A DNA stretch of 64,000 bases from NCBI GenBank assembly GCA_951406725.2, contig OX597817.1, forward strand, positions 57,412,001 through 57,476,000, in the 5' to 3' direction. Made by a program: the position numbers and the translations under genes. Shown piece after piece: positions 38,701 through 51,531 of this stretch; positions within the stretch are counted from its first letter, which is position 1; every line of letters begins with the position of its first letter. The notes under the pieces were generated by a model. The model saw only the letters and a program-made list of their open reading frames with translations. It did not search any database and was not told where the DNA came from. The DNA is from Octopus vulgaris. Taxonomy: Eukaryota.

Positions 38701-40831
38701 ACAACTACAATATCCATACGATTTTATAGGTACAGTAGGGGTAAGAGAACAGGAGACAATGAAGGGGATGGAGTGAAAATTTTTGTTGCTGAATAGTTTG
38801 AAGAATGGTTTGCAGAAAGTGAAATAATGTGGTTGTCTAGACCCAAGTCAGCCCTGGTCAAAGACAAGTCAGGCATGACCATCCTAACATTTTATCCCAG
38901 CAATACAGTATATTCGACAACACTATTCAATGTGTTATTCTTTAAGATGATAGCTTATAATCCTAGGGAAATTTGGCTACTTTTCTTAGCAGTTTGAACA
39001 AACGCAGATAAACTTCTTTGTTGCATTCAGAAAGACGGAGAACCATTATGGTAAGGAAAAGAAAGATGCCACATGACACAATGTCTGGTAAAAAGGTTCA
39101 AGAACTTGGAAATCTGACAACATAAGCGGCAGTATTTCTTATACTTGGTTCCTCATTCTTTAAACATGAGCTGTGCCCAATGGCAATCCATGCTGTTTAA
39201 CACTCGTCTCTCTACTGGCAAACATACATGTCTTTGACATAAAGACCACCTCAAAGACTGGCCAAGGAGGAGGAGGCACTGAAGAGTTGTTGTACAGCTG
39301 AAGGTCAGATGTCCTTTGAGCAGACTTTTGGCACAAAGGTGACCCTCAGATCTTCGTGCCCTAGATATGCCACGTCTAGCTGAAGACCATATTGCACACT
39401 GCGGAGTTTAATTGTCCAGCTGTCAATATGTCAGTTGTGAAATAATATTTTAGACAAAATGAAAAAAGTAATAATTTTCTAAATAATGTCAGAATCATAA
39501 AAAACAACAAAATACATTTGAATACAGAAAACAAATACATTTCTAGAACGTATGTCTGCGGAAATGATTGGTTAGCTCAATGTTTACAGTAGTATTCTTC
39601 CATGGAATCGGAATTAATCTCTCTCTCTCTCTCTCATCTATTTATCCATCTATGTACCACTTTCACTATCTTATCAATCTATCTACCTCTCCTCCCCCCT
39701 CTCCTCTGTCTAATTTATTTGCCTTTTCTTCAGCTGACCAAGTAATTTAGTTGTTGAAAATACAGAACATGAATTAGGTGAAATATTCCTGGCAGGCAAT
39801 TTCCACTTGATAATGGAATATTCTTAGAAGACAGTCGCCATTTAAGAGAGGAAATGGGAACTTATAAACGATAATTGAGGACAAGCATCTTTCAAAAAAT
39901 TATATTAAAAATGTATCTGAAACAGATCTATCTATGCATTCATCTATGTATGTATGTGTGTGTGTGTGTGCATACGTATGCATGCATTCATGTATGTATG
40001 TATCTACTTATATTTATCTATATCTATCTGTCTATATATAGATAGAATAAATGGACAGATAGATAAACAGAAAGATGGATAGATGAAAGACATTATCATT
40101 TGGACTTGAAGAATTTTTTCGTCTCATATTTCTACATTAACCACTTCAAATCCTGCTTGAGTATGGTTTTGACCTTCATTCCTTCCAGGTCAACAAAACA
40201 AAATACCAGTGACGTATTAGGTTTGCTTTATTCATCTATACTCCCTCCTTGTCATCCGTTGGTCTTGTGACCAATCAAAGAGAGTCAGTGTCCATAGCCA
40301 TTATGTTCAAACTGCCAGCATCAAACTCCTGAACTCCAATAAACACTCAGACTGTGCATTAGAAGGGTCTCTGTGATGACCCCTTCTGGCTTCTCAAAAA
40401 GATGGCAATGATGATAGTGCTGTTGCACACCCGAAAGCTAGATCTTAAAAGAAAAATGAGAAATATATCATCATCATCATCATCATGGTTTTAATGTCCA
40501 GTTTATCCATTCCAGTTTTTTCATGCTTGCATGGCTCAGATAAGTTACATTGAAACAGAATTTCTATGGCGTGATGCCGATTAAACAATTATACACGCAG
40601 TGTTGCTACTTCTATGTACACTGCTTGTATAACAGTGATACTCATTTACAACTATGATGTGATGTCAAGACAATGAGGCACTAACACAGACACACATGAC
40701 GAGATTCTTTCAGTTTCCATCTACCAAATCCACTCACAAGGATTTGTTCAGCACAGGTACCATGCAGTATGTCGGAACCTGAAACCATGGGGTCAGGAAG
40801 CAAACTTCTTGATGGGTGAGTGCTATCAGAC

Positions 40832-40875
<44 letters not shown>

Positions 40876-40881
<6 letters not shown>

Positions 40882-41152
40882 CACAAGATGTCATGAAACG
40901 TGTACAACAACAAAGTACGAAGCATGAGTACATGGAACATGAACTATTCTTTCAAACAACGAAAGACACAAATGGAAATGCTCGAAATACGAGACTAGAA
41001 AAACAGCCAACAACTGATGGAGGGTCGTTCTTTGTGTTGTTTGTCTTGTTTTCCATTTGTGTCTTTTGTTGTTCGAAAGAATAATTCATGTTCCATGTAC
41101 ACGTACTTCGTATTTTTTTGTTGTACACGTTTCGTGACGTCCTGTGCCCACA
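40876..41152. mobile_element. Fold-back/MITE-like element with about 100-bp imperfect inverted arms in a (TG)/(TA) tract
   Basis: 40876-40978 pairs with 41050-41152 (TGTGGGCACA...TGTGCCCACA). Confidence 0.85.
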
Positions 41153-41191
41153 TATGCATATATATATATGTTATTTATATTATTATTATAT

Positions 41192-41747
41192 GTGCCACTC
41201 CCTAGCGGTTGAGGGAACCTGTGGAAGAGGTAGACCCAGGAAGACTTGGGATAAAGTGGTGAAGCACGACCTTCGAACTTTAGGCTTCACCAAGGAAATG
41301 ACTAGTGACTGAGACTTTTGGAAATATGCTGCGCGTGAGAAGACCCGTCAAGCCAAATGAGACCATAACCCCATGGCCTATGCCAGGTGCGTAACCAGCC
41401 CACTTATGTGTACCTTTTCCCTCGTTGGACACTAATACTCTGCTTGCGAAGACCTGTTGAGGCAAGTGAAATCAAAATTGATGACTGGCATCCGCGCTAG
41501 CAGGGTGCAAAGAGTACCATACGAGTGTGATCGTTGACAGAGCGGCTAACCGGCTTCTGTGCCCTTGGCACGTTAAAGCACCCACTACACTCTTGGAGTG
41601 CTTGGCATTAGGAAGGGCATCCAGTTGTAGAAACTCTGCCAGATCAAGATTGAAGCCTGGTGCAGCCATCTGGTTCGCCAGCCTTCAGTCAAATTGTCCA
41701 ACTCATGCTAGCATGGAAAGCAGATGTTAAACCATGATGATGATGAT
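41192..41747 (+). mobile_element. 5'-truncated RTE-clade LINE: ORF C-terminus plus complete 3' UTR (defines family C)
   Basis: CHSLAVEGTCGRGRPRKTWDKVVKHDLRTLGFTKEMTSD is a typical RTE C-terminal motif, contiguous with the family C UTR and (GAT)n tail. Confidence 0.9.
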
Positions 41748-41824
41748 ATATATATATATATATTATTTATATTATTATGATTGAAAGCCATGCATCCTCT
41801 TCCAAGTACGTTTTATCTTTTATA

Positions 41825-41866
<42 letters not shown>

Positions 41867-42494
41867 TATGTGCACGTATAATTTTTATACAGAGTATTTT
41901 CAAATGAGAGTTGAAAGTGTTCTGGAACAAAAGCCAAGCTAAAACAATAGTTTACCCTTTTACCTCTTATTTCAATAGTTTGGCTTTAAATAATCTTTAT
42001 CAAGAGAAAAGTGGAAATTGAGCTTCGCTCTGATCTATACAGATATGAGGGGGAGGTGGGGAAGGAGATGTAAAAAAACAGATACTGGGAGTGTTATATT
42101 AGCCTGTTAGTATTACGTAAGCCTTATCTGCAAATGAAACAGGGGGCCTGATTCATTAAATAACAAGACTGTCCTTAAGTGTCAAATATCCAATAATCCA
42201 GTCCGTAGATTTGATGGTGACCACTACATCCTGATGACACGTCATGATGTTTCCTAATGGCAAAAGCATTTGTAGGAATGCATGGCAGTTTTAGGAAGCT
42301 TTCTAAAGCTGTTGCACTTTGATGACAGTTCACTGGTCATTCCTCACAGCTTTTTGACACTTGCAATCAATAATAAAACTGTAAAAGAATGTCATATTGT
42401 TATCTGAATCATCAATTAGGTCAAAGAATTCAGTAACAAGGGAGTGATTTATATGCTGTTTTCATTATCACTCAAAAGTAGCCTTGGATCGTAG

Positions 42495-42810
42495 GGCGAC
42501 ATGCCGTGCTTGAGGAGACCTATTGAGTTAAGTACATCAACATCAATATTAAAATCAAATCAAATTACAATCAAATGGAAATTGTAGTTGTGACCCAATG
42601 CTAGAGGAGCTGGCCCCTGTACCAGTGGCATGTAAAAAGCACCCACTACACACTCAGAGTGGTTGGCATTAGGAAGGGTATCCAGCTGTAGAAAAAATTG
42701 CCAGATTAGATTGGTGCCTGGTGTGGCCTCCTTGCTTCCTAGACCCCAATTGAACTGTCGAACCCATGCCAGCATAGAAAGCGGACATTAAACGATGAAG
42801 ATGATGATGT
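42495..42810 (+). mobile_element. Family C: RTE 3' UTR fragment
   Basis: Conserved block plus tail. Confidence 0.85.
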
Positions 42811-42843
42811 ATGTATGTATGTGTGTGTGTGTACACACACACA

Positions 42844-43398
42844 CAGTAATGCCTCAATATACAAGTAAATTTGTTCCCAGAGACCACTCATAAAGCAAAC
42901 CAGTAATTTCCCATAGTAGCAATATTATAAATCGTAATTCGTTCCTAGAAAAATATTTTATGAATAAAATTTATAATACTCATAAATAAATGGCAATAAA
43001 ACAACAGTAGAATGTAAAGACTATTTTATGTGAATTAAAAAGAATGTCAAAATCATTTAGAATAAAAAATATTATTAGTATTATAATCGTTTTCTGAATT
43101 ACTTTCACTCGCGCTTGACTCACACACATCATCACTTATAGACATGATCGCCAATTCACAAGCACTCATAGACAGACTTATGAATTTCTTTATAAAAAAC
43201 AAGTGTAGAGTAGTTTGCTTAGAAGAAACTATTATTTTGCTCTCTATAAATTTCTCAGTAACATGCAGAAGCATTTAGTTATGTTATGGTGGTAGAAGCT
43301 TTTGCACTTCATTCAAAATTTGGGTCTTGTACTTGAAAAATAAAACTAGTAAACCCGGTGTCTTGTAAAGTGGGACCTCTTAAAGTAAGGTATTACTG
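42844..43398 (-). mobile_element. Tigger/pogo-type non-autonomous DNA transposon
   Basis: TIRs CAGTAATGCCT / AGGTATTACTG|TA (10/11 match); minus-strand KQTTLHLFF resembles Tigger transposase C-termini. Confidence 0.65.
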
Positions 43399-43574
43399 TA
43401 TATACATGCACACACACACACACAGGTATAGCTGAGTGGTTAAGAAATTTGATTCCCAAGCACTTATTTCTGGGTTCGGTCTCACTGCATGGTGCCTTGG
43501 GCAAGTGTCTTCCACAATAGCCCAGACAGAGTGTAAACTGAAGCCTTGTGAATGTAAACTGAATGATGCCTTTC

Positions 43575-43612
<38 letters not shown>

Positions 43613-44349
43613 ATACACACACACACACACACATTGGGTGCAGCATATACATTTACCCCTTATTCAAACATAAACTGAAGCATAGTCCTTCTCAAAAATA
43701 GTTGCAAATGTTGTAAAACCCTTCCCAACATTCTTTCATTTTATTGTTTACCCTCAATTCAATATGGCGGCTCAAACAAAACTTTCATAAATTGTAACAT
43801 TGAAAATGGCTAGTAATAAAAAACTGTGAGGTGATAAAACGGTTTCATGTTTGACAGGCTTCTTTTAGTTTCCATCTACAAAATCCACAAAGGCTTTGGT
43901 CAGCCTGAGGCACTTGCCCAAAGTGTCATGCAGTGGGACTGAACCTGGAACCATGGGGTTGGGAAGCAAGCTTCTTACCACACAGCCGTGCCTGCGCCTA
44001 TTGTCTATGTTTACACTGAACTAAAAAGAAAAGTTGTCGTGTTGTGTTGTGTTGTTTACATTCAATAATGTAGCAGTTTGACAAACAGTGACTGATAAAA
44101 CAGTGTCAGATTGAAATAAGCCAGGGGATCAAGTAAAAAAGAAATGCTTTGTTACTTTTAATAGTGATGAGCACAAAGCCTCCCTCCTTCCTGCCAACTC
44201 TGAATATTTAGTACACATGTGGTTCAACTGATAATATCACTTCAGAATAGGGGACTTCTGCTCAGATTTGCTTCTGTCTCAATCAACTGTGGCTCAACAG
44301 AAGAGAGCAATCTGTGGTTTATGTTCTTAATATCATCATCATTACTATT

Positions 44350-44925
44350 AAGGTGGTGAGCTGGCAGAATCGTTAGCATGCCGGGTGAAATGCTTAGTGG
44401 TATTTCGTCTGCTACGTTCTGAGTTCAAATTCCACTGAAGTTGACTTTGCATTCCTTCCTTTTGGGGGTTGATACAATAAATACCAATTGGGCCCTGGGG
44501 TCCATGTAACTGACTTGCATCTACCCCCACAAAACTTGCTGGCCTGGTGTCAAACTTTAAAACTAATATTATTGACCTTTTTGTTAATAATAACCGGTTT
44601 TCATTTCAGTTGATTTCGAAAATCACAAAGAATCTAGTAAAATGACTGTCATTATGAAGTTGATGTTTGAAATAACACAACATTTCTGTGCTATTATTTC
44701 CAGCTTTAAGGCAGTGAGTTGGCAGAATCATTAGCACACTGGGCGAAATGCTTAGCGGCATTTTGTCCACCTTGATGTTCTGAGTTCAAATTCCACCAAG
44801 GTCAACTTTGCCTTTTATTCTTTCAGAGTTGATAAAATAAGTACCAGTTGAGTACTGTAGTCAACATAATTAACTAGCTTCCTCCCGCAAAAATTTCAGG
44901 CCTTGTACTCTTAGTAGAAAGGATT
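44350..44925 (+). mobile_element. Two SINE A copies flanking a MITE fragment
   Basis: Copies at about 44350-44570 and 44708-44925; the spacer resembles the 48404 MITE in reverse. Confidence 0.75.
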
Positions 44926-45561
44926 ATTTTATAGCTTTATCTGCTTCAGGTTTCAATGTTCCAAAAAATTATTTCATAATCCAACATAAAATTTCAATGA
45001 AAGTTTTGGTTTGGAACATTTAATAACAGGATGGTTGTACCAAGGAACCAGCGGCAGTGTCAGGCAAGTTGGTACGAAAAGGGTGAAGACAGGATTTGTC
45101 TGAATGAACAGAGATTAAGATGGCAGAGAACAAGGAATTGGTTAACAACCAAGGAAGCTGGGAAAGAGGGTGAGGGTAGGGTTTTGTCTCGTGCTGTGCA
45201 CCTATGAACCGCCCTGTGCGTAATAGTTTGGTGATTGTGTTGGGAAAACAAAATAGAAAAAAAAAAATTTAAATTACAAGGGTTCATTAGGCCGTATGTG
45301 TGTCTAAGTACTTAAAATTAATAGCAAAGTTATTAAATGTGGCAGAGAGGCAGATGGTGGGTAAATGGAGCAAAGAACGAGAGCTGAAACGGTGATGTTG
45401 TGCATGCACTTCTTTCTCGGTTTGTTTATTGATTTGCCCTTCAAAATCTAAAAATAAAATGTTAATTATTTATGTCTGCTGTGAAATGAATGAAGCTGCT
45501 TGGAAATGGCATTGAGAATTTGGTTGAGTGTTTTTGTTAGGCAGCACAAGTGTGAGTGGTG

Positions 45562-46153
45562 GTGAAGAAGAAGAAGAAGGCGAAGAAGAAGAAAGAGAAG
45601 AAGAAAGAGAAGGCGAAGGCAAAGAAGAAGAAGAAGGCAAAGAAGAAGAAGGCAAAGAAGAAGAAGGCGAAGAAGAAGAAGAAGAAGAAGGAAGAAGAAG
45701 AAGAAGAAGAAGAAGAAGAAGAAGGCAAAGAAGAAGAAGAAGAAGAAGAAGGCAAAGAAGAAGGCAAAGAAGAAGAAGAAGAAGAAGAAGAAGAAGGCGA
45801 AGAAGAAGGCAAAGAAGAAGAAGGCAAAGAAGAAGAAGGCAAAGAAGAAGGCAAAGAAGAAGAAGAAGAAGAAGGCAAAGAAGAAGAAGAGGAGGAAGAA
45901 GAAGAGGAAAGAGAAGAAGGTGAAGAAGAAGAGGAAAGAGAAGAAGGTGAAGAAGAAGAAGAGGAAAGAGAAGAAGGTGAAGAAAAAAGAGAAGAAGAAA
46001 GAAGAAGAAAGAGAAGAAAAAGAAGAAGAAGAAGAAGAAGAAAAAGAAGAAGTAGAAGGCAAAGAAGAAGGCGAAGAAGAAAGAGAAGAAGAAGAAGAAG
46101 AAAGAGAAGAAAGAGAAGAAGAAGGAGGAGGAGGAGAAGAAAAAGAAGAAGAA
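45562..46153. repeat. (GAA)n-based polypurine tract of about 590 bp
   Basis: GAA runs interrupted by GAAGGCAAA, GAAGGTGAA and GAAAGA variants. Confidence 0.95.
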
Positions 46154-47284
46154 TCAATGAGTTGAAACTTGTAGGAGAACATGTCTGGGGCATAAAGATT
46201 TTTCACTGACTTTGAAAGTTGACTAACAAGACTAATGAGGTACAAAATAAAGTTCATCACCAGCATCATCATCATTATCATTACCATTGTTATTAAATAA
46301 TTTTACAATACAGAGTTCCAAGTGTAAATATGTTGCTGTAAGCCAAGGTGAACTTGGCAGATACAGGAAGACACTTCTAGGAAATGTCTTTTGTTATTCA
46401 TACCACGTCTTGCCTCTCTCAGGCCCCCACTTTTTGCTGCCAGATCATGTTGCCACAACTCGTAGAAGTTTTGGGCAATTCTAGGGCATTATTATTATTA
46501 TTATTATCATCACAATTATTATTATTATTATTATTAAGGCAGCGAGCCAGCAGACTCATTAGCACATTGGGCAAAATGCTTAATGGCATTTCATCCATCT
46601 TTATGCTCCGAGTTCAAATTTCACTGAGGATGTCTTAGCTTTTCATACTTTCCAGGGTTGATAAATTGCTGGCCTTGTGCCAAAATATGAAATTATTATT
46701 ATTATTAGGGCAGTGAGCTTTAGTAGAAAGGATTATTATTATCATCATTATTATTATTGACTATTTTGAATGAAATGTAATTTCATCCCTTCATTAACCA
46801 ATTTTTAGAACACAAGAAGTAAAGAATGGACTAAACAGGGAGAAATACATAGGGGATGAAGAGTTGCTGAAGAGGTCACAGGGTTAGGGTAACAAAAGAT
46901 TTCAGACAAAGGACACTAAAATAAGAACAAAATTAGATCTGAAGTGAAGAACAAATATACAGTGCATGTGTTTATTTGGCAAAAAAAAAAAAAAAAAATG
47001 ACCGTCCCAAAATATAACAATATCTGTTTCAACACACAATTTTGCCTCAGGAATCTTACAAAACAAATACCTAAATGTACCAAAATATTATTCTATTTCC
47101 TAAAACATTTCTGGAATTTTTAAGAAAGCCAATAGTCTGTCTAACATTCTGCACACCATCAAATATACTGTATTCTTGGGAAATCAAACCATTCAGTTAC
47201 TGTGTAGCTAAATGTAACTATTCCAAAAGAAGTCACATTGTTTTAACCCATTCAGGTAACAGGAGTGTCCAGTTTAGTATAGTG

Positions 47285-47650
47285 TGACAAGGTGGCCGAG
47301 TTCCTTTTGAGCGTTGGGCTTCAATGGAGGCAATGATCAAGACCTTTGACATTATGTCATGCTTGAGAAGACCCAACAAAATGAGCGAAACTGCAGTCAT
47401 GGCAGATACCAGTGTCACATAAACTGGCACGTAAACGCACACTGTGCAAATGGCACCCATGCCAGAGGCACACAAAAGCATTCATTATGCTCTCGGAGTG
47501 GTTGGCATTAGGAAGAGCATACAGTCATAGAAAACCATGCCGAATCAGACTGGAGTCTGGTGCGAACTTCCAGCATGCCATCCCAGTCAAACCGTCCAAC
47601 CCATGCCAGCATGGACAACGGACGTTAAATGATGATAATGATGACGATAA
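47285..47650 (+). mobile_element. Family C variant (same subfamily as 2555)
   Basis: Shared GTGGCCGAGTTCCTTTTGAGCGTTGGGCTTC start and tail. Confidence 0.8.
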
Positions 47651-48159
47651 ATAAGTTCCATGTGAAGGTGTAGTTTACACAGTAAGCAGGTGGAGTATGA
47701 TATAAATAAGCTACACAGCTGTGCAATGGTGTGTACATATCTTTGTATGAACAAAATTTACAAATGACTAACATCCTAGCCCAGGGTGTAATATCTCACA
47801 ATACTTCAAATTATATGGAAACCATGATAAAGTACCAGACACTATGGCACTTTATGATAATGGCAGAAAATGAAAGAGGAACAAAACAGAATTCTTGAAA
47901 CCATGAAGTTGAACTGAGAAAAGAAAAGATCGAAAATGGAACATAACAATAATTCTTTCTACTAAAAGCACAAAACCTGACATTTTGGAAGAAGACGCTG
48001 GCTGATTACATCAACCCCCGTGCTCAATGAAGACCCGTTTTACTGACCCCAAAATAATGCAAGGGAAAGGCCAATCTCAGAGGAATTTAAATACAGAAAG
48101 TAAAGACAAACAAAATGCCCCTAAGGATTTTGTCTGGCATGTTAACGATTCTCCCACCT

Positions 48160-48373
48160 TGTTGACAACCTGGCTGAAACCGGCTCTAGCTCTGAGTACA
48201 AATGTCTTGTTTTCATAAGTTTTGAATTAAAATCTTCCACCAAACCTTAGTCACAATTAATGTTCCTAACACTAGCTTAATGATAACTAAGTTATTTTAC
48301 CAAATTCTTTGTTATATTTAAAGTAATTGAAAGAAACACAGAGCATCTCAACAGAAATATGATAACAAAAGGG
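48160..48373 (+). mobile_element. piggyBac-type MITE, first copy, left end damaged
   Basis: Direct repeat of 48404-48622; ends AAAAGGG|TAAA. Confidence 0.75.
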
Positions 48374-48403
48374 TAAAATATATAATAGAGAAACAATTCT
48401 TAA

Positions 48404-48622
48404 CCCTTTTTTACCAACTCAGCTGAAACTGTCCCTGGCTCTGTAGTACAAATGTCTTGTTTCATAAGTTTTGAATTAAAGTCTTCCACTAAAACTTAGT
48501 CACAATTTATGTTGCTAACACTAGCTTAATGATAACCAAGTTATTTTACTAAATTCTTTGTTATATTTAAAGTAATTGAAAAAAACACAGAGCATCTCAA
48601 AATAAATACAGTAACGGAAGGG
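48404..48622 (+). mobile_element. piggyBac-type MITE, complete
   Basis: TTAA|CCCTT ... AAGGG|TTAA: terminal inverted repeat with TTAA target duplication. Confidence 0.85.
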
Positions 48623-49043
48623 TTAAAGTAGTAGTAGTAGTAGTTGTTGTTGTTGTTGTTTTTTAGTGCAGCTCCAGTAAATATGATTAGGGACAGCTAG
48701 AATATTTAGGAAGGTTCTTGACATCTATTTGTTGTGGCACGACGTTAAGAATTCTTTCTAACAGTGTATTGTGCACAAATACAATAACAACAACACGATA
48801 ATAATGATGATGATGATGATGATAATAAAACAGAGAAGAAAGCAGGAGAGGAAATAAATCCCATGACTCGTAAATGGTTGCAAGTTTCCTCTTGAAGGGC
48901 CAAGAATTGACACCAAAGTATGTAGGGTAAGTGATCTGGTTTCACAAGACCAACTTTTTTCAGATATGTGGAAACAGGATCTTGAGTACAGACTTAATTC
49001 TCTGGCCAAAATATAGGACTCTGACACAGTCAGAGACTGACAC

Positions 49044-49102
<59 letters not shown>

Positions 49103-49599
49103 TATATGTATGTATAGTGCATATAACTCTCTATATACATACATACACACACAATTATTCATGTACGCTCACATGTATCCACATGTGCACATGACATACA
49201 TAATACACATATTTACTTCATACACACACACATATACACAATAGAGCATTTCTGAGGGACATTTGAAAATAATTATATAGAAATATTTATATCAAAATAC
49301 TGTATGTTAATTGATATATTCCAGTTAGCGAATAATGTGTGTGTGTGTGTGTGCCTAATGAGGGAGTGTACAAATGTGTATGTGTGAGAGAGAGAGATAT
49401 GTATGATATCACTGATTGTTGTTGTCAACAAATGTTATTTATTTGATAAACTAGAAGCAGTACCACCATCACCACCACCAAGACCCAGCTGAATGTCACT
49501 GTTATACCACACCAGTAAACGATTCCCTGGAGAACATATACACAACAATAAATACGCAACAACGATATTGTTAAGCAACATATGTAAATATTCAAATCT

Positions 49600-49935
49600 G
49601 CTGTCTTTCACTTGTTTCTGTCATTAGGCTGTGGCCAGGCTGAGGCACTGCCTTGAAGAATTTTTAGTCGAATGAATCAACCCCAAGACTTATTTTCTGC
49701 CAAACCACTAAGTTACAGGGATATAAACCAAAACCAATTATCAAGCAGTGGTTGGGGGGACACACACACACGATGGGCTTCTTTCAGTTTCTGTCTAACA
49801 AATCCACTGACAAGGCTTTGGTTAGCCCAAGGCTGTAGCAAGAAGGCACTTTTCCAAGGTGCCATGCAGTGAGATTGAAGCAGGAACCATGTGGTTGGGA
49901 AGCAAGCTTCTAACCACACACCCACACCTGCACCT
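49600..49935 (-). mobile_element. SINE family B
   Basis: Reverse match with deletions. Confidence 0.8.
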
Positions 49936-49989
49936 ATATGCATGTAAATAAATATATTTTCTTATATAATAATGAAATTATTGTATACA

Positions 49990-50485
49990 GTTTGTTCCAT
50001 GCTTCAGCAACTCTTAGCATGAAAGAATGTTTCCGAAAGTCATGGGAGCTGTGCTGTTTTCTGACTTTGTAAACATGTCCATGGGTGTTAGATAGGTGGG
50101 GTTTGAAAAGGTGCTCAGAGTTATTGTTTGTAAGATGGTTAATAATTTTATGGGTGTCTGCCAAGTCAGTTGCCAGACGTTGGAGTTTCAATGTATCCAT
50201 GCCCAGGGAAGTAAGGCTTTCAGAATATGGCAAATGCCTGATGGAGCGTATTCTCTTGGTTGAAAGTTGCTGAACGGCTTCCAGATGATTAATATCCTGG
50301 ACAAGATAGGGGTTCCAGACCGGTGATGCAAATTCCAGGTGAGGTCTTACCATAGCTATATAAAGCCTCAGATAGATAGCTGGAGAGTGGCTCACAAAGG
50401 ACTTGGTGAGTGATGCCAAGACACTCTCAGCCTTCTTGGCAATTTTAGCAATGTGTTTTGTCCAACGCAAATCGCTGTCAACAAT
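49990..50485 (-). pseudogene. CR1-type LINE ORF2 C-terminal fragment (downstream of the RT core)
   Basis: ORF 49934-50470: LYIAMVRPHLEFASPVWNPY..DINHLEAVQ..LPYSE.L..LG..TL..R...HGH.YK...FRKH.F..RV.EAWNKL, typical of the CR1 ORF2 end. Confidence 0.9.
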
Positions 50486-51139
50486 GGTTTATCAGAGGGG
50501 GGGGAGCAGAGTTCGTCTTTTGCAGGACCTCAACTCAAAAAGTGGTTGGTGGCACAAAGGAAGCTGAAGATTATCACATATAGGCTGCACTGTACAAAGC
50601 AGAATATCAACATATTGAGTTGTCTGATGTCAGACTGGCAACCACGAAAAACACCAAAGGGCCAGAGAGTTTATTCATCAGTTGATATGTTCGGGGTTTA
50701 CTTTTTCATGCTAGGCATGGGTTGGATAGGAGCTTATTTGAGAGAGCATTTTATACCTGAACGTCCTTCCTGTTGCAAACCCTAACTTAATTCTCATGGG
50801 ACTTTGTTTTTTGTTGCCCTTGTTTTCAAAAGTACACAGTGACCAGCCGTAATACCAACAAAGAATGTAAACATCACATCACCGTTTCATTAAGGCAGTG
50901 CCATATGAAGCCAGGGAATGTGAACATCTGCAATTTACACATACACACGATGGGCTTCCATGCAGTTTCTGCCAACCAGTTCTACTTACAAGCTATTGGC
51001 CAGCCCAGGATTATAATAGGAGACATTTATCCAGAGCATGTGATGCTCTGGATGCCAAGAACCAGCCTGACCACAACATTGGACAAAATTTATGGATAAT
51101 TTGGTAATTGAAAGAAAGAAATGAACACATGAGATGAAA

Positions 51140-51531
51140 TCTCTATATACATAAAGCTGAAGTTGTCTGTGTGTGGCAGGTTTGGTAGCTTTCAACTAGC
51201 ACTATCTCCTCCAAGACCCTGTGGTGCAAGTTGACCAAAATTGAGAGTATGATAGAAGAAGGCTTGCTCTTCCTTCCGTAGAAGAAAAAATTCAAATCAG
51301 ACCATGTTAACACCAAAAATTATTTATATCAAAAAGGTGGGTTTTTTTATGAAAATCTCTATTTTTTATGATTTTTTTTGCTGCTGTGTCGCCATTTTTC
51401 AGTGTATTTCAACCAGAAAAATGTTCACTTAAAAAGAATAACAAGCTACATAATGCAAAATTTTTACTTTTCAAAAATTCCAATTCTAAAGGGTTGAAAC
51501 AAACCCAAGCAACGCCAGGCGATACTGCTAG
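51140..51531 (+). mobile_element. Non-autonomous Helitron, complete
   Basis: A|TCTCTATATACATAAA 5' end; degenerate GC-rich subterminal hairpin then CTAG|T 3' end; inserted between A and T without TSD. Confidence 0.8.

Noticed and set aside
39290-39425. Possible second Tx1 zinc-finger remnant (CPRY..TILH..CPAV)
   Set aside because: Needs several frameshifts; too decayed to call by eye
45466-46287. Long ORFs of 217-273 aa (poly-F/L/S/E/K/R)
   Set aside because: Products of the GAA/TTC tract, which has no stops in most frames; no splice or domain support
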